From Achromobacter xylosoxidans (lineage in GTDB: Bacteria > Pseudomonadota > Gammaproteobacteria > Burkholderiales > Burkholderiaceae_B), in the NCBI GenBank assembly GCA_040396375.1, contig JBEBOQ010000011.1, positions 3,744 to 67,743 of the forward strand: a stretch of DNA of 64,000 bases, read 5' to 3'. Every line of letters begins with the position of its first letter. Position 1 is the stretch's first letter. Below, one piece after another: positions 1 to 9,602 of the stretch. The position numbers and the translations under genes were made by a program. The notes under the pieces are model-generated. The model was not told where the DNA came from. It did not search any database and saw only the letters and a list, made by a program, of their open reading frames with translations.

Positions 1-902
1 GTGGTCTGCAGCCGCGCCAGCGAACCGTAGCGGCTTTGCAGCGCGTTCCATTCGGCGGCGTCAAAGAAGGTCATGGCGCCCTGCCCGAAGAGCTTGGCGA
101 TTTCAATGCAGAAGCGCATGGCCACATCGGCATCCACCGCGTTGGTCACGCCGGTGGCGCAGCCGGGCACCGCAGTCTGCGCCGTCAGCGCCACGCCCAC
201 CACGGGCGCATCGGTGGCGATAGCCGGCTGCATCAGCGAATTGACGTGCCACAGCCCGTTTTCGTAGGGCGTGATGTCTTGGGTGGTAAGCGGCAGCGTC
301 AGGGGCAACTGGCCGCTGACCCAGCCCAGCACGTCCAGCATGGTTTCGGGAATGCGTAGCAGGTAGCCCTGCTTGGCTACCGGCGTCAGCGCCACGCCGC
401 GCTGGTTCACCAGACGGTTGCCGCGGGTGGTGTCCACCGACAGGATGGCGTCCATGCGCGGGTCCACTTCGTGCGACATCATTTCGCGCATGGGGAACGG
501 CGACTTCATCATCGGCACGGGGTGGTGCGGACGCGTGCCGGCGCGCGGGCAGATGTGGGTGCGGATGCGCACGGTGCCGGGCAGCACGTCGCCCTGGCGC
601 GCCATGGCCATGATCTTGAGCGCGGCGGCGATGGCGACCACGGCGCCGTCGCTGTCGGACACCAGGCCGGTGACGGCCGGACGCGCGCCGATGCCGCCCA
701 GGCGGCCGACGATGCCCAATTGCGGCGCGGCGGGGTCGGCGCCCGGGATGACGATGGAGAGGAACTCGGTGGCCGCGCCGTCGCGCTCCAGCGGCGTGAC
801 CTCGACCTCGCAGTCGCCGGCCGCGCGCAGCGCCTGTGCCACCGCCTCGCCCGTGATGTGGGCCGAAGACAGCAGTTCGATGGTGTCGATGACCTGCTTC
901 AT
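1..902 (-). CDS. DUF1177 family protein (C-terminus runs off the window edge)
   Basis: Not in the ORF track because it is truncated. Manual translation from ATG at 902: MKQVIDTIELLSSAHITG...LGIVGRLGGIGARPAVTGLVSDSDGA...DAILSVDTTRGNR...TTQDITPYENGLWHVNSLMQP. ATGA overlap with the pepE stop. Confidence 0.8.
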   Translation of the reverse strand, partial: MKQVIDTIELLSSAHITGEAVAQALRAAGDCEVEVTPLERDGAATEFLSIVIPGADPAAPQLGIVGRLGGIGARPAVTGLVSDSDGAVVAIAAALKIMAMARQGDVLPGTVRIRTHICPRAGTRPHHPVPMMKSPFPMREMMSHEVDPRMDAILSVDTTRGNRLVNQRGVALTPVAKQGYLLRIPETMLDVLGWVSGQLPLTLPLTTQDITPYENGLWHVNSLMQPAIATDAPVVGVALTAQTAVPGCATGVTNAVDADVAMRFCIEIAKLFGQGAMTFFDAAEWNALQSRYGSLARLQT

Positions 903-1603
903 GCCGGGATCTCCAGCGGGCCGGGCGTGAATACGCGCGGCTCGGCGGCGCCGATGAACAGCGGCGCATCGTGCGGGCCGACAAGCGTGATGGCGGCCCC
1001 GCGCACGCGCAGCCCGGCGCCTTCGGGCAGGCCCAGCACCGGCATGGTCGGGTTCAGCGTGCAGAACTCGGCCAGGCGCTGCGCGCGCGTTTCGCCGCGA
1101 TGGCCGGGAGGATGGGCATTGGTGTAGTGCGGGTTGATCTGGAAGGACAGCAGGCCGAGCGCATCGAAGCCTTCGGGGTCGGTGATCGGCATGTCGTTGG
1201 TGGTGCAGATGCTGGGGCACGCCAGGTTGGAGCCGGCGCTCCAGCCCAGGTAAGCGGCGCCCTCGCGCACGCGGCGCGCCACGACGTCCAGCAGGCCCTG
1301 GCGGCGCAACTGGCCGAGCAGATTGAAGGTGTTGCCGCCGCCCACGATGATGACGGCGGCGCCTTCCAGCGCGGCGACCGGGTCCGCGGCGCGGTGCAAG
1401 CCCTGGATGTCCAGGCCCGTATCCGCCAGCGCCGACACCACCAGCGCGGTGTAGTCGTCCCAATCGCGGGTGACGCCCGCGAACGGCACGAATACTGCCT
1501 TTGCTCCGGTCGGCAGGGACTCGATCAGTTCGCGGATGTCGGGCAACGCGTGCACCAGGTAGCCGGCGTCGCTGCTGGAATTGCTGAGAAGCAGAAGGTT
1601 CAT
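899..1603 (-). CDS. pepE: Dipeptidase E (alpha-aspartyl dipeptidase, peptidase S51)
   Basis: MNLLLLSNS start; IIVGGGNTFNLL, YLGWSAGSNLACPSICTTNDMPI, FQINPHY and GHRGETR motifs. Confidence 0.93.
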   Translation of the reverse strand: MNLLLLSNSSSDAGYLVHALPDIRELIESLPTGAKAVFVPFAGVTRDWDDYTALVVSALADTGLDIQGLHRAADPVAALEGAAVIIVGGGNTFNLLGQLRRQGLLDVVARRVREGAAYLGWSAGSNLACPSICTTNDMPITDPEGFDALGLLSFQINPHYTNAHPPGHRGETRAQRLAEFCTLNPTMPVLGLPEGAGLRVRGAAITLVGPHDAPLFIGAAEPRVFTPGPLEIPA

Positions 1604-1709
1604 GAGTGGTTTCCGTCGAATCGGTAAGTCGGGATGCCGCAATGGCGCAGCCGAAATGCGTGGCTGAAATGCGGGGATGTCGGTTAAAGGGAGTCAGGCA
1701 GCCGGTGCG

Positions 1710-2477
1710 TCAGGCCAGCCAATAGGGATCGTTCAGTTCACGGCCCAGTGATGCGACCTGCTGCATCAGGAATTCGCGCAGTGTCGCCACGCGGGCGGCG
1801 TCGGCCTGGAAGGAGACGAACGACAGGCATAGGCCACGCAATTCGCCGCTGGCCGGATCGCGCACCGCCGCCGCCACGGCGCCGATACCCGGCATGGCTT
1901 GATCGATGGCCACCCCGCAGCGTTCTGCGCGGGTTCGCGCCACGCGCTGGGCCAGTTCGCCGACAGTGGCCGGGCAATCCTTGCCTTCCACCGGCAAGGG
2001 CTGGGCCGGATCGGCGCCATAGAGCGCGTCGAACTCGGTTTGGGTCAGGCGCGACAGCAACGCACGCCCCATCGCCGTGCCCGAAGCGGCGCGACGCGAG
2101 CCCGGCGGCGCCAGCACCTGTACGGGCTGCGAGCCGTTCAGGCGTTGCAGCACCACGGTTTCGCGTTGGTTCAAGGTTGACAGGTAGGCGGTCAGGCCGC
2201 TGTGGTCGGAAAGGCGGGCCAACACCTGGCGGCAGGCCTCGTCCAGCGGCGTGGCGGTCAGACCGGCGCGCACCGCCTGCGACAGCAAGGCGCCCGGGCG
2301 GTAGCGGCGCGTGGCAGCGTCTTGATCCAGCATGCCGTAGTGCTGCATCTGGTTCAGCAGGCGCGAGGCCGTGCTTTTAGGCATCGAGAGGCGCTGCGCC
2401 ACATCGGTAAAGCTCAGCTCCGCCACGCCTTCGGCATAAAGCGACAGGACGCGCTGGACGCCATCTAGAATGCTCAT
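1710..2477 (-). CDS. IclR family transcriptional regulator
   Basis: N-terminal HTH (LSFTDVAQRLSMPKSTASRLL); C-terminal effector domain (GTAMGRALL, PGIGAVAAAV). Confidence 0.9.
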   Translation of the reverse strand: MSILDGVQRVLSLYAEGVAELSFTDVAQRLSMPKSTASRLLNQMQHYGMLDQDAATRRYRPGALLSQAVRAGLTATPLDEACRQVLARLSDHSGLTAYLSTLNQRETVVLQRLNGSQPVQVLAPPGSRRAASGTAMGRALLSRLTQTEFDALYGADPAQPLPVEGKDCPATVGELAQRVARTRAERCGVAIDQAMPGIGAVAAAVRDPASGELRGLCLSFVSFQADAARVATLREFLMQQVASLGRELNDPYWLA

Positions 2478-2481
2478 TGAT

Positions 2482-2519
2482 GTTCCATAAAACGGAACCC
2501 TGGTTCCTTAATAGAGAAC
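2482..2519. promoter_or_regulatory. Two tandem IclR-type operator palindromes
   Basis: GTTCCATAAAACGGAAC (2482-2498) and GTTCCTTAATAGAGAAC (2503-2519), immediately upstream of the iclR start codon. Confidence 0.6.
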
Positions 2520-2571
2520 AAGAATAATGCAGCGCCCGATGCCCGGTCAATTGTGGTCTGCATTCAATTAA

Positions 2572-2586
2572 GATACGATGCGTATC
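2572..2586. promoter_or_regulatory. Putative TetR operator
   Basis: Perfect palindrome GATACG-ATG-CGTATC in AT-rich DNA about 30 bp upstream of the TetR-Nudix gene. Confidence 0.55.
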
Positions 2587-2615
2587 GATTTTAAATTGAT
2601 CCAGCGCTTCCCACC

Positions 2616-3653
2616 GTGTCGACCTCCCAATCCAAGCCCTCTCCCCCCGCCAGCGGCCGGCCACGCAGTGCGGATGCCACCGATGCCGTCCTGCAGGCCG
2701 CGCTGGATCTGGCGCAACAGGCGGGCATGCCAAACGCCACGGTCGAACGTATCGCGCGCCAAAGCGGCGTGGCCAAAACCACGATCTACCGCCGCTGGCC
2801 CAACGCGGCCGCGATCGTAATGGATGCGTTCTTGAAAGAGATGTCGCCGCAGATCCTGTACCACCCCAAACCCACGGTGCAGGAAACGCTGGCGGCCTCC
2901 ATCACGCAACTGGCCCACGTCCTGCAAGGGCCGCGCGGGCAGTTGCTGCGGCATCTGCTGGGTGCGGCCCAGGGCGACCCGGACGTGCAGGCGGCGTTTT
3001 TGCAGCGTTGGGTCGGACCGCGGCGGGCTCAGGCCAAAGTCCTGCTTGCGCAGGCCCGCAAGACCGGCGAAGTGCGCGCCCAGGCCGATGACGAGGTGCT
3101 TATCGATAGCCTCTACGGCGCGGTCTACTACCGGCTGATGATGCCGTACGCCGAACTGTCGCCCGCCTACATCCAGGCGTTGGTTGCCCAGGTGTTCGAC
3201 GGCGCGACCGATCGCGCGGCCCCGATAGCCGCCGCCCAGCCGCAAGTAGGCGTCGGCGTGCTGATCATTCGCGACGGCCGGATCCTGCTGGGAAAGCGCG
3301 CGGGTTCGCACGGTGCGGGCACCTGGGCGCTGGCCGGCGGTCATCTTGAATTCGGCGAAAGCATCGAGACCTGCGCCCGCCGCGAAGTGCTGGAAGAGAC
3401 GGGCCTGACGCTGGACCGCATCGTGCCGGCGCCCAGCACCAACGACATCATGGCCGACGAGCGCAAGCACTACGTCACCTGCTTTGTCGAAGCCTCGGTA
3501 TCCGGCAGCGAGCCTGCCCGCATCCTGGAACCCGGCAAGTGCCTGGCCTGGGAATGGTTTTGCTGGACCGACCTGCCCGAGCCGCTGTTCGGGCCTGTGA
3601 AGACGCTGGCGCGCACGGGCTATGTCCCGACCCTGTTGAACCCCTTGCCATGA
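2616..3653 (+). CDS. TetR/AcrR regulator fused to a C-terminal Nudix hydrolase (NUDT15/MTH2-like)
   Basis: GRPRS...[23 protein letters not shown], then [10 protein letters not shown]...[35 protein letters not shown] (complete Nudix box); one uninterrupted frame. Confidence 0.88.
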   Translation: MSTSQSKPSPPASGRPRSADATDAVLQAALDLAQQAGMPNATVERIARQSGVAKTTIYRRWPNAAAIVMDAFLKEMSPQILYHPKPTVQETLAASITQLAHVLQGPRGQLLRHLLGAAQGDPDVQAAFLQRWVGPRRAQAKVLLAQARKTGEVRAQADDEVLIDSLYGAVYYRLMMPYAELSPAYIQALVAQVFDGATDRAAPIAAAQPQVGVGVLIIRDGRILLGKRAGSHGAGTWALAGGHLEFGESIETCARREVLEETGLTLDRIVPAPSTNDIMADERKHYVTCFVEASVSGSEPARILEPGKCLAWEWFCWTDLPEPLFGPVKTLARTGYVPTLLNPLP

Positions 3654-4243
3654 GTTTCCCCATGAAACGTGTCTGTATATTTTCCGGATCCAGCCCAGGC
3701 CGCGAGCCGCAACACCTGGATGCCGCCCGCCGGCTGGGACAAGCGCTGGCGCAGGCCGGCATCGGCGTCGTCTACGGTGGCGCCTCGATCGGCTTGATGG
3801 GCGCCGTGGCCGATGCGGCCCAGGCGCACGGCGGCGAGGTCATCGGCGTCATTCCCAAGTTTCTGGTGGAAAAGGAAGTCGCGCATACCGGTCTGTCCGA
3901 CCTGCGCATCGTGGACTCGATGCATCAGCGCAAAGCCTTGATGGCCGACCTGTCCGACGGCTTTATTGCCCTGCCCGGCGGCATCGGCACGCTGGAAGAA
4001 CTGTTCGAGGTCTGGACCTGGGCGCAGCTCGGCCAGCACCAGAAGCCCTGCGCGCTGTTCAATGTGGGCGGCTTCTACGATGGCCTGACAAGCTTCCTGG
4101 ACCACCTTGTCCACGCAGAATTCCTGAAGCCGGCACACCGCAGCCTGCTGATCGCGGAGCAAGACCTGGACGCCCTGCTGAGCGCGATGAACCGCTATCA
4201 GCCGACCACCGAAACCAAGTGGATCGCCAAGGGCAAGGTATAG
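3650..4243 (+). CDS. LOG family nucleotide 5'-monophosphate phosphoribohydrolase (TIGR00730)
   Basis: [20 protein letters not shown] and [13 protein letters not shown] (PGGxGTxxE); ATGA overlap with the upstream stop. Confidence 0.92.
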   Translation: MSFPMKRVCIFSGSSPGREPQHLDAARRLGQALAQAGIGVVYGGASIGLMGAVADAAQAHGGEVIGVIPKFLVEKEVAHTGLSDLRIVDSMHQRKALMADLSDGFIALPGGIGTLEELFEVWTWAQLGQHQKPCALFNVGGFYDGLTSFLDHLVHAEFLKPAHRSLLIAEQDLDALLSAMNRYQPTTETKWIAKGKV

Positions 4244-4282
4244 CGGGGCGGCGGGCGCGCGGCCCGCGCCGCAGTCCGCCCG

Positions 4283-5323
4283 CTAGCGCGTCGCCGTCTC
4301 CGCCCATTGGGCCAGCGGCAGCGGCGGTTGGGCATGCAGGATGCGGGCCAGCACCAGTTTCAGTTCTTCCCAGCCACCCCGTTCGCTCGGCCAACGGGAC
4401 GGGGTTACGGGCCGCCAGGCGCCGTCGGGCCCGCGCTCAGCCATCTTGAAGCGGAAGTTGTAGTGGCCCGCCATGCCCATGCGCAGATCCGTCACCACCA
4501 GCGCGTCGCCCATCACGTCGTAGCGCAGCCAGTCGTCGGTGAACCAGCGCAGGCGCTCGTGCAGCGGCACGCCGGCCAACGCCTGGCCTGCGTCCAGGTT
4601 CAGGGGCTGCCGCAGCCATTCGGGGGGGGTCCGGTCGAACCAGCTGCTGACGGCCTCGTAGTACTGCCCGTCGGGCGTCTTGGCGATGACGCGCCACACC
4701 AGCGTATTCAGCGGCATCGGCATGGCCCGCAGTTCGGTGACGGCGATGCCTTGCGCCTGCATCGCGTCGCGTACGCGATGCTCGGCCGCGATGCGCCCCG
4801 CCAGGCCAAAGCCCAGGTAGGCCGTGCTGAACACCAGCGCCCCGGCCAGGAAGCGGCGCGCGTTGCGGGTCATGCCCACCGCCGCCGCGTAGACCGCGGC
4901 CAGCAGCAGGGGCACGGTATAGATCGGGTCGATGATGAACACCGCGGACCAGCTTTCTGGAATAGAGGGCAATGGCCAGAACAGCTGGGTGCCGTAGACG
5001 GTGAACGCGTCCAGCAGTGGATGCGTCACCAAAACCAGCCATAGCGTCAGGAACAGCCGCCTGCCGCTGTATGGCGCCTGCGGCCAATACTTGCGTATCA
5101 GCCAGGTCAAGAACAGCGCCAGTCCGGTCAGGACGAAGATCGAATGCGAGAAGCCGCGGTGATAAGTCATCAGCGAGACGGGGTCCGGGTAGCGCATCAG
5201 CACATCCAGATCCGGCACCGTGGCCAGCGCCGCCCCGTAGAACAGCGCCCGCCGCCCCTGCACGCGCCCCAGCAGCGCCCCTTGTATGCCCGCGCCCAGC
5301 ACGGCTTGTGTAACCGAATCCAT
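4283..5323 (-). CDS. Inner-membrane metal-dependent hydrolase (YdjM/DUF457-like)
   Basis: MDSVTQ...PDLD...HRGFSHS...THPLLDAFTVYGTQL motifs. Confidence 0.88.
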   Translation of the reverse strand: MDSVTQAVLGAGIQGALLGRVQGRRALFYGAALATVPDLDVLMRYPDPVSLMTYHRGFSHSIFVLTGLALFLTWLIRKYWPQAPYSGRRLFLTLWLVLVTHPLLDAFTVYGTQLFWPLPSIPESWSAVFIIDPIYTVPLLLAAVYAAAVGMTRNARRFLAGALVFSTAYLGFGLAGRIAAEHRVRDAMQAQGIAVTELRAMPMPLNTLVWRVIAKTPDGQYYEAVSSWFDRTPPEWLRQPLNLDAGQALAGVPLHERLRWFTDDWLRYDVMGDALVVTDLRMGMAGHYNFRFKMAERGPDGAWRPVTPSRWPSERGGWEELKLVLARILHAQPPLPLAQWAETATR

Positions 5324-5427
5324 AACACTCCGACGATAGCTTCCCGCGGATGGCCTTTTCACGCGCCGTCCGCCACGCAGGCGTTAAGATACCCGATTGC
5401 GTTCAGCTAATTTTCAAGTTCCGCCTC

Positions 5428-6066
5428 ATGGACCACTACATCGACAAGATCGGCCTGCTGATCGAAACCAATCAGGCCTGGGCCGGCCCCATCACGTTCC
5501 TGCTGACGCTGGGCGAATCCATGGTGCTGCTGGGCCTGTTTATCCCCGCGACCGCGCTGATGCTGCTGACCGGCGGCCTGATCGGCGCCGGCACGCTGGA
5601 ACCCTGGAGCATCCTGGCCTGGGGCATCGCCGGCGCCATTGTCGGCGACGCGCTGTCCTACGCCCTGGGCCGCTGGGCCGGCCCGGGCGTGCTGCGCCGC
5701 TGGCCGCTCAAGCAGCAACGCACCGCCGTGGCCCGCGCCCGGCTGTTCTTCTATCGCTATGGCTTCGCCTCGGTGCTGATCGGCCGCTTCCTGGGCCCCA
5801 TCCGCTCGACCATCCCGACCGTGGCGGGCGTCATGGGCATGGCCCACGGTCGCTTCCAGATGGCCAACGTCGCGTCGGCCGTGCTGTGGATGCCGCTGAT
5901 GCTGGCCCCCGGCTACATCACGGCGCGCAGCCTGGGCGCGGCTGAAAACGCCCAACAGATCGCCATGATGATCGGCGCAGGTTTCTCCGTGCTGCTAGGA
6001 TTCGGGCTGCTAGTCGCGATGATGCGCAAACGCCGGCAACCGGCGCGGGCGCGCCGCGGCAACTAG
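5428..6066 (+). CDS. DedA family membrane protein
   Basis: GESMVLLGLFIP, GAIVGDALSYALGR and GRFLGPIRS motifs. Confidence 0.9.
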   Translation: MDHYIDKIGLLIETNQAWAGPITFLLTLGESMVLLGLFIPATALMLLTGGLIGAGTLEPWSILAWGIAGAIVGDALSYALGRWAGPGVLRRWPLKQQRTAVARARLFFYRYGFASVLIGRFLGPIRSTIPTVAGVMGMAHGRFQMANVASAVLWMPLMLAPGYITARSLGAAENAQQIAMMIGAGFSVLLGFGLLVAMMRKRRQPARARRGN

Positions 6067-6118
6067 AATCCGCACAAGCGTCCTTTTCAGCGTCCACAGG
6101 CCCCGGCCGGAGAACAAT

Positions 6119-6667
6119 ATGGCAATAGATCTGGAGCCTAAAAACGGCGACTTCGCGCGCTACGTCGAAAACCTGTCGCGCGCGGGCGGCGCCGCGCCCG
6201 GCCGGGTGCCGGACAAGGCCGAAGCCAAGCGCCGGCAGGCCAGCGCGCCCGTCACGACGGCCTCGCCCGCACCGGCCACGCCCACCAAGGATTCGCTGTA
6301 CGACCTGACCTGGGGCAAGTCGGCGCCCCCGCCCTTGCAATCCCGACGTGCCGACCCCGCCCCCCAGGTGACCGTGCCCGGCCAGGAAGACGCCGCCACG
6401 GTATCCATGGCCAAGCGCGCGCGCCAGCGCAAGCTGGGCATCTTCCTGACCATCGCGGGCGCCATCGCCGGCTGGGCCGCGGTCAATATGGCGTTCAAGG
6501 CGCTGCGCGCTCCGCGCTTCGATCTGGACGAACTGATGCCGGCGGTGTTTCTGGCCTTCTTCGCGTTTATGCTGTTCAAGGCCGCCAGCGGCGCCCGCGA
6601 TCCGCGCAAGCAGCCGCTGGGGAAACTGCCGCCGCTCAAGACCTCGTCGCACCGCAAGGACGGTTGA
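6119..6667 (+). CDS. Hypothetical membrane protein (two C-terminal TM helices)
   Basis: GGAG RBS; typical codon usage; Pro/Ala-rich linker followed by two hydrophobic segments. Confidence 0.75.
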   Translation: MAIDLEPKNGDFARYVENLSRAGGAAPGRVPDKAEAKRRQASAPVTTASPAPATPTKDSLYDLTWGKSAPPPLQSRRADPAPQVTVPGQEDAATVSMAKRARQRKLGIFLTIAGAIAGWAAVNMAFKALRAPRFDLDELMPAVFLAFFAFMLFKAASGARDPRKQPLGKLPPLKTSSHRKDG

Positions 6668-6780
6668 GCGCCGGGCCGCCCGCCTACACCGTCGCTGTTT
6701 ACGGCCAGGCCAGGCACCCCGCGCAATGGTGCTAACATTTCCGCCGCCGTCGAAAGACCCCCCTGAATACCGGAGTAAAA

Positions 6781-7449
6781 GTGAATAACGTTGTCGGATT
6801 GAACCAGGCCCAGGCGGCCACGATGCTGAAGCTGCAAGGCGACCTGAACAGCATGATCAATCCGGACTGGATCAACGGCGGCGCCCGCTTCCTGCGCGCC
6901 GCGTTCGTCGAGTCGGCCGAGGCCCTGGAGCACTACGGCTGGAAGTGGTGGAAGAAGCAGACCATCGACCTGCCGCAGGTGCAGATGGAACTGGTCGACA
7001 TCCTGCATTTCTACCTGTCGCACACCATCGTGCAGGCCAAGGGCGACGTCAACGCCGCCGCCGACGCGCTGGTGGCCGACCTGGCCGGCCCGGCCTCGGT
7101 GACGCTGGACGGCAAGAGCTACGCACTGGCCAGCCTGTCCGTGCCGGAACTGCTCGAGCTGATCGGCGGCCTGGCAGTGTGCGGCCGCGCCAGCTTCAAG
7201 CTGCTGGAACAAAGCATGACCGCCTGCGAAATGACCTGGAACGACGCCTACACGCAGTACGTCTCCAAGAATGTGCTGAATATCTTCCGCCAGCAGCATG
7301 GCTACAAGGAAGGCACCTACATCAAGATCTGGCACGGCGAAGAAGACAACGTCGTGCTGGCCCGCCTGCTGTCGCAGCACGATGCCGCGCGCGCCGATTT
7401 CGCCGACATCCTGCACCGCGAACTGGAAGCCGCGTATTCGCGCCTGTAA
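6781..7449 (+). CDS. Dimeric all-alpha dUTP diphosphatase (dUTPase_2 family)
   Basis: ESAEALEHYGWKWWK, MELVDILHF, KNVLNIFRQQHGYKEGTYIKIW and EEDN motifs; GTG start after GGAG. Confidence 0.88.
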   Translation: MNNVVGLNQAQAATMLKLQGDLNSMINPDWINGGARFLRAAFVESAEALEHYGWKWWKKQTIDLPQVQMELVDILHFYLSHTIVQAKGDVNAAADALVADLAGPASVTLDGKSYALASLSVPELLELIGGLAVCGRASFKLLEQSMTACEMTWNDAYTQYVSKNVLNIFRQQHGYKEGTYIKIWHGEEDNVVLARLLSQHDAARADFADILHRELEAAYSRL

Positions 7450-7467
7450 GCCCGGCGCGCAGTACCG

Positions 7468-7502
7468 CATGAAAAACGCCGCTTGAAGCGGCGTTTTTCA
7501 TG
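7468..7502. terminator. Bidirectional intrinsic terminator
   Basis: CATGAAAAACGCCGCTT-G-AAGCGGCGTTTTTCATG between convergent genes. Confidence 0.85.
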
Positions 7503-7569
7503 GCTGCGCGGCAAGGGCGCGGCGGGGCTGACGAGCGCAGGTACTTGCGCCCGTCACGCGCCCTGACGG

Positions 7570-8682
7570 CTAACGTTGGCCAAAGCGCGTCTCGCCGAAC
7601 AGTTCTTTTTGCTCGCGGGGCTGCGAACGCCAGTACTGGCGCGGTGCGCTGACCTGACCGCCCAATTGCGCGGCCGCGTGCCAGGGCCAGCGCGGGTCGT
7701 ACAGCATGCCGCGCGCCAGCGCCACCATGTCTGCCTGGCCATTGGCCAAAATATCCTCGGCCTGCTGGGCCTCGGTGATCATCCCCACGGTGATCGTGGG
7801 CAGGCCTACCGCGCGCTTGATGGCGTCGGCAAAGGGCACCTGGTAATTGGGACCGACCGGGATCTTCTGCTGCGACGACACGCCGCCGCTGGAGACGTCG
7901 ATGAATTCACAGCCCAGTTCCTTGACGCGCCGCGCAAAGGTCTGGGTCTGCTCCAGGTCCCAACCGCCGTCGACCCAATCGGTCGCCGACACGCGCACGC
8001 CCAGCGCCACCGATGCCGGCGTTACCGCGCGCACCGCGCGGAACACTTCCAGCGGGAAGCGCATGCGATTTTCCAGCGAACCGCCGTACTCGTCGTCGCG
8101 CTGGTTGGACAAGGGCGACAGGAACTGGTGTAGCAGGTAGCCATGCGCAGCATGCAGTTCAATCGCGTCAAAACCCAGGCGGATGGCGCGGCGGGCGCTG
8201 TCCACGAAGGCCTCGCGCACCCCCGCCAAGCCGGCTGCGTCCAGCGCGCGGGGCGCGGGTTCAGACGCATTGTGGGGGATCGCCGACGGCGCCCAGCCCT
8301 GCCAGCCGCCTTGCTCGGGCGGGACAAGTTGGCCGCCATCCCAGGGCGCGTGGCTGGACGCCTTGCGACCCGCGTGGCCCAACTGGATGCCCAGCTTGAT
8401 CGGCGAATAGCGCCGCACGGCCTGCACCACCCGGCCCAACGCGGCTTCGGTCTCGTCCGACCACAGCCCCAGGTCGCCCGGGGAAATACGGCCGTCGGCC
8501 TCGACCGCAGTCGCTTCGGTGAACAGCAGCGCCGCCCCCGACAGGGCCAGGTGCCCCAGATGGATCATGTGCCAATCGGTGGCCCGGCCTTCTTCGGCCG
8601 AATACTCGCACATGGGTGCGATGACGATGCGGTTGGCCAGTTCGACGTTGCCGACTGAAATGGGACTGAACAGGTGACTCAT
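7570..8682 (-). CDS. NADH:flavin oxidoreductase (old yellow enzyme, NamA/YqjM-like)
   Basis: NRIVIAPMCEYSA, IQLGHAGRKAS and ELHAAHGYLLHQFLSPLSNQRDDEYGGSLENR; likely start MSHLF at 8682. Confidence 0.93.
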   Translation of the reverse strand: MSHLFSPISVGNVELANRIVIAPMCEYSAEEGRATDWHMIHLGHLALSGAALLFTEATAVEADGRISPGDLGLWSDETEAALGRVVQAVRRYSPIKLGIQLGHAGRKASSHAPWDGGQLVPPEQGGWQGWAPSAIPHNASEPAPRALDAAGLAGVREAFVDSARRAIRLGFDAIELHAAHGYLLHQFLSPLSNQRDDEYGGSLENRMRFPLEVFRAVRAVTPASVALGVRVSATDWVDGGWDLEQTQTFARRVKELGCEFIDVSSGGVSSQQKIPVGPNYQVPFADAIKRAVGLPTITVGMITEAQQAEDILANGQADMVALARGMLYDPRWPWHAAAQLGGQVSAPRQYWRSQPREQKELFGETRFGQR

Positions 8683-8831
8683 GCGTGGGGCTCCGGGCGA
8701 TAGACGCGGACGCACAGCATAGCGCCGCCCGCAGCGCCGGGCCGGGAATCCCAACGGCCGCAGCAGGGTTAAATGCCGCAACCCGTTGGCGGCCCGGCGC
8801 CGGCCCCGGCGCCAGTTGCGGTCGGACCGCC

Positions 8832-9602
8832 CTACTGCCCCTCGATGACGCTGTCCAGGAACTGCCGGGTGCGCGCCTCTTTGGGCGCGCTGAACAAGGT
8901 TTGCGATTCCGCGTCCTCGACGATGTTGCCTTCGTCGAAAAACAGCGTGCGATCCGAGCTGCGCTCGGCGAATTTCATCTGGTGGGTCACGATGATCATG
9001 GTCATGCTGCGGCGCGCGGCCAGGTCGCGCAGGATCTGCAGGATGCCGCCCACCAGCTCCGGGTCCAGCGCCGAGGTCACTTCGTCGAACAGCATGATCT
9101 CCGGGCACATGGCCAGCGCGCGGGCGATACCGACCCGCTGCTTCTGCCCGCCCGACAACTGCGCCGGGTAAACGTCCAACTTGTCGCCCAGGCCCACCAT
9201 GTCCAGGTACTCCACGGCGCGCTCGCGGGCCTGGTCGCGGGACATGCCCAGTACGTGCAGGGGCGCCTCCATGGTGTTGCCCAACGCGGTCATGTGAGGA
9301 AACAGGTTGAAGTGCTGGAACACCATGCCGATCTTGCCGCGCACGCGCCGCAAGTGCTCGGAATTGGGTCCGGCGGGACGGCCCTGCTCGTCGGTCCACA
9401 TGGACTGGCCATCGATCTCGATATCGCCACGACTCGGCCTATCCAGCGTCATCAGGACGCGCAGCAGGGTCGACTTGCCCGACCCGGACGGCCCGATGAC
9501 GGCCACGGTTTGACCGGCCGGGATCTCCAGGTTGATGCCCCGCAGCACCTCCAGTTCTCCATAACGCTTGTGCAGATTCTTGATGGTGACGCTGGCGCTC
9601 AT
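8832..9602 (-). CDS. ehuA: Ectoine/hydroxyectoine ABC transporter ATP-binding protein
   Basis: GPSGSGKST, LSGGQKQRV and LFDEVTSALDPEL; operon context. Confidence 0.85.
   Translation of the reverse strand: MSASVTIKNLHKRYGELEVLRGINLEIPAGQTVAVIGPSGSGKSTLLRVLMTLDRPSRGDIEIDGQSMWTDEQGRPAGPNSEHLRRVRGKIGMVFQHFNLFPHMTALGNTMEAPLHVLGMSRDQARERAVEYLDMVGLGDKLDVYPAQLSGGQKQRVGIARALAMCPEIMLFDEVTSALDPELVGGILQILRDLAARRSMTMIIVTHQMKFAERSSDRTLFFDEGNIVEDAESQTLFSAPKEARTRQFLDSVIEGQ

Noticed and set aside
7570-9399. Apparent 609-aa N-terminally extended OYE
   Set aside because: The extension overlaps ehuA in another frame and is Arg/Gly-rich noise; the family-like sequence begins at MSHLF (8682).
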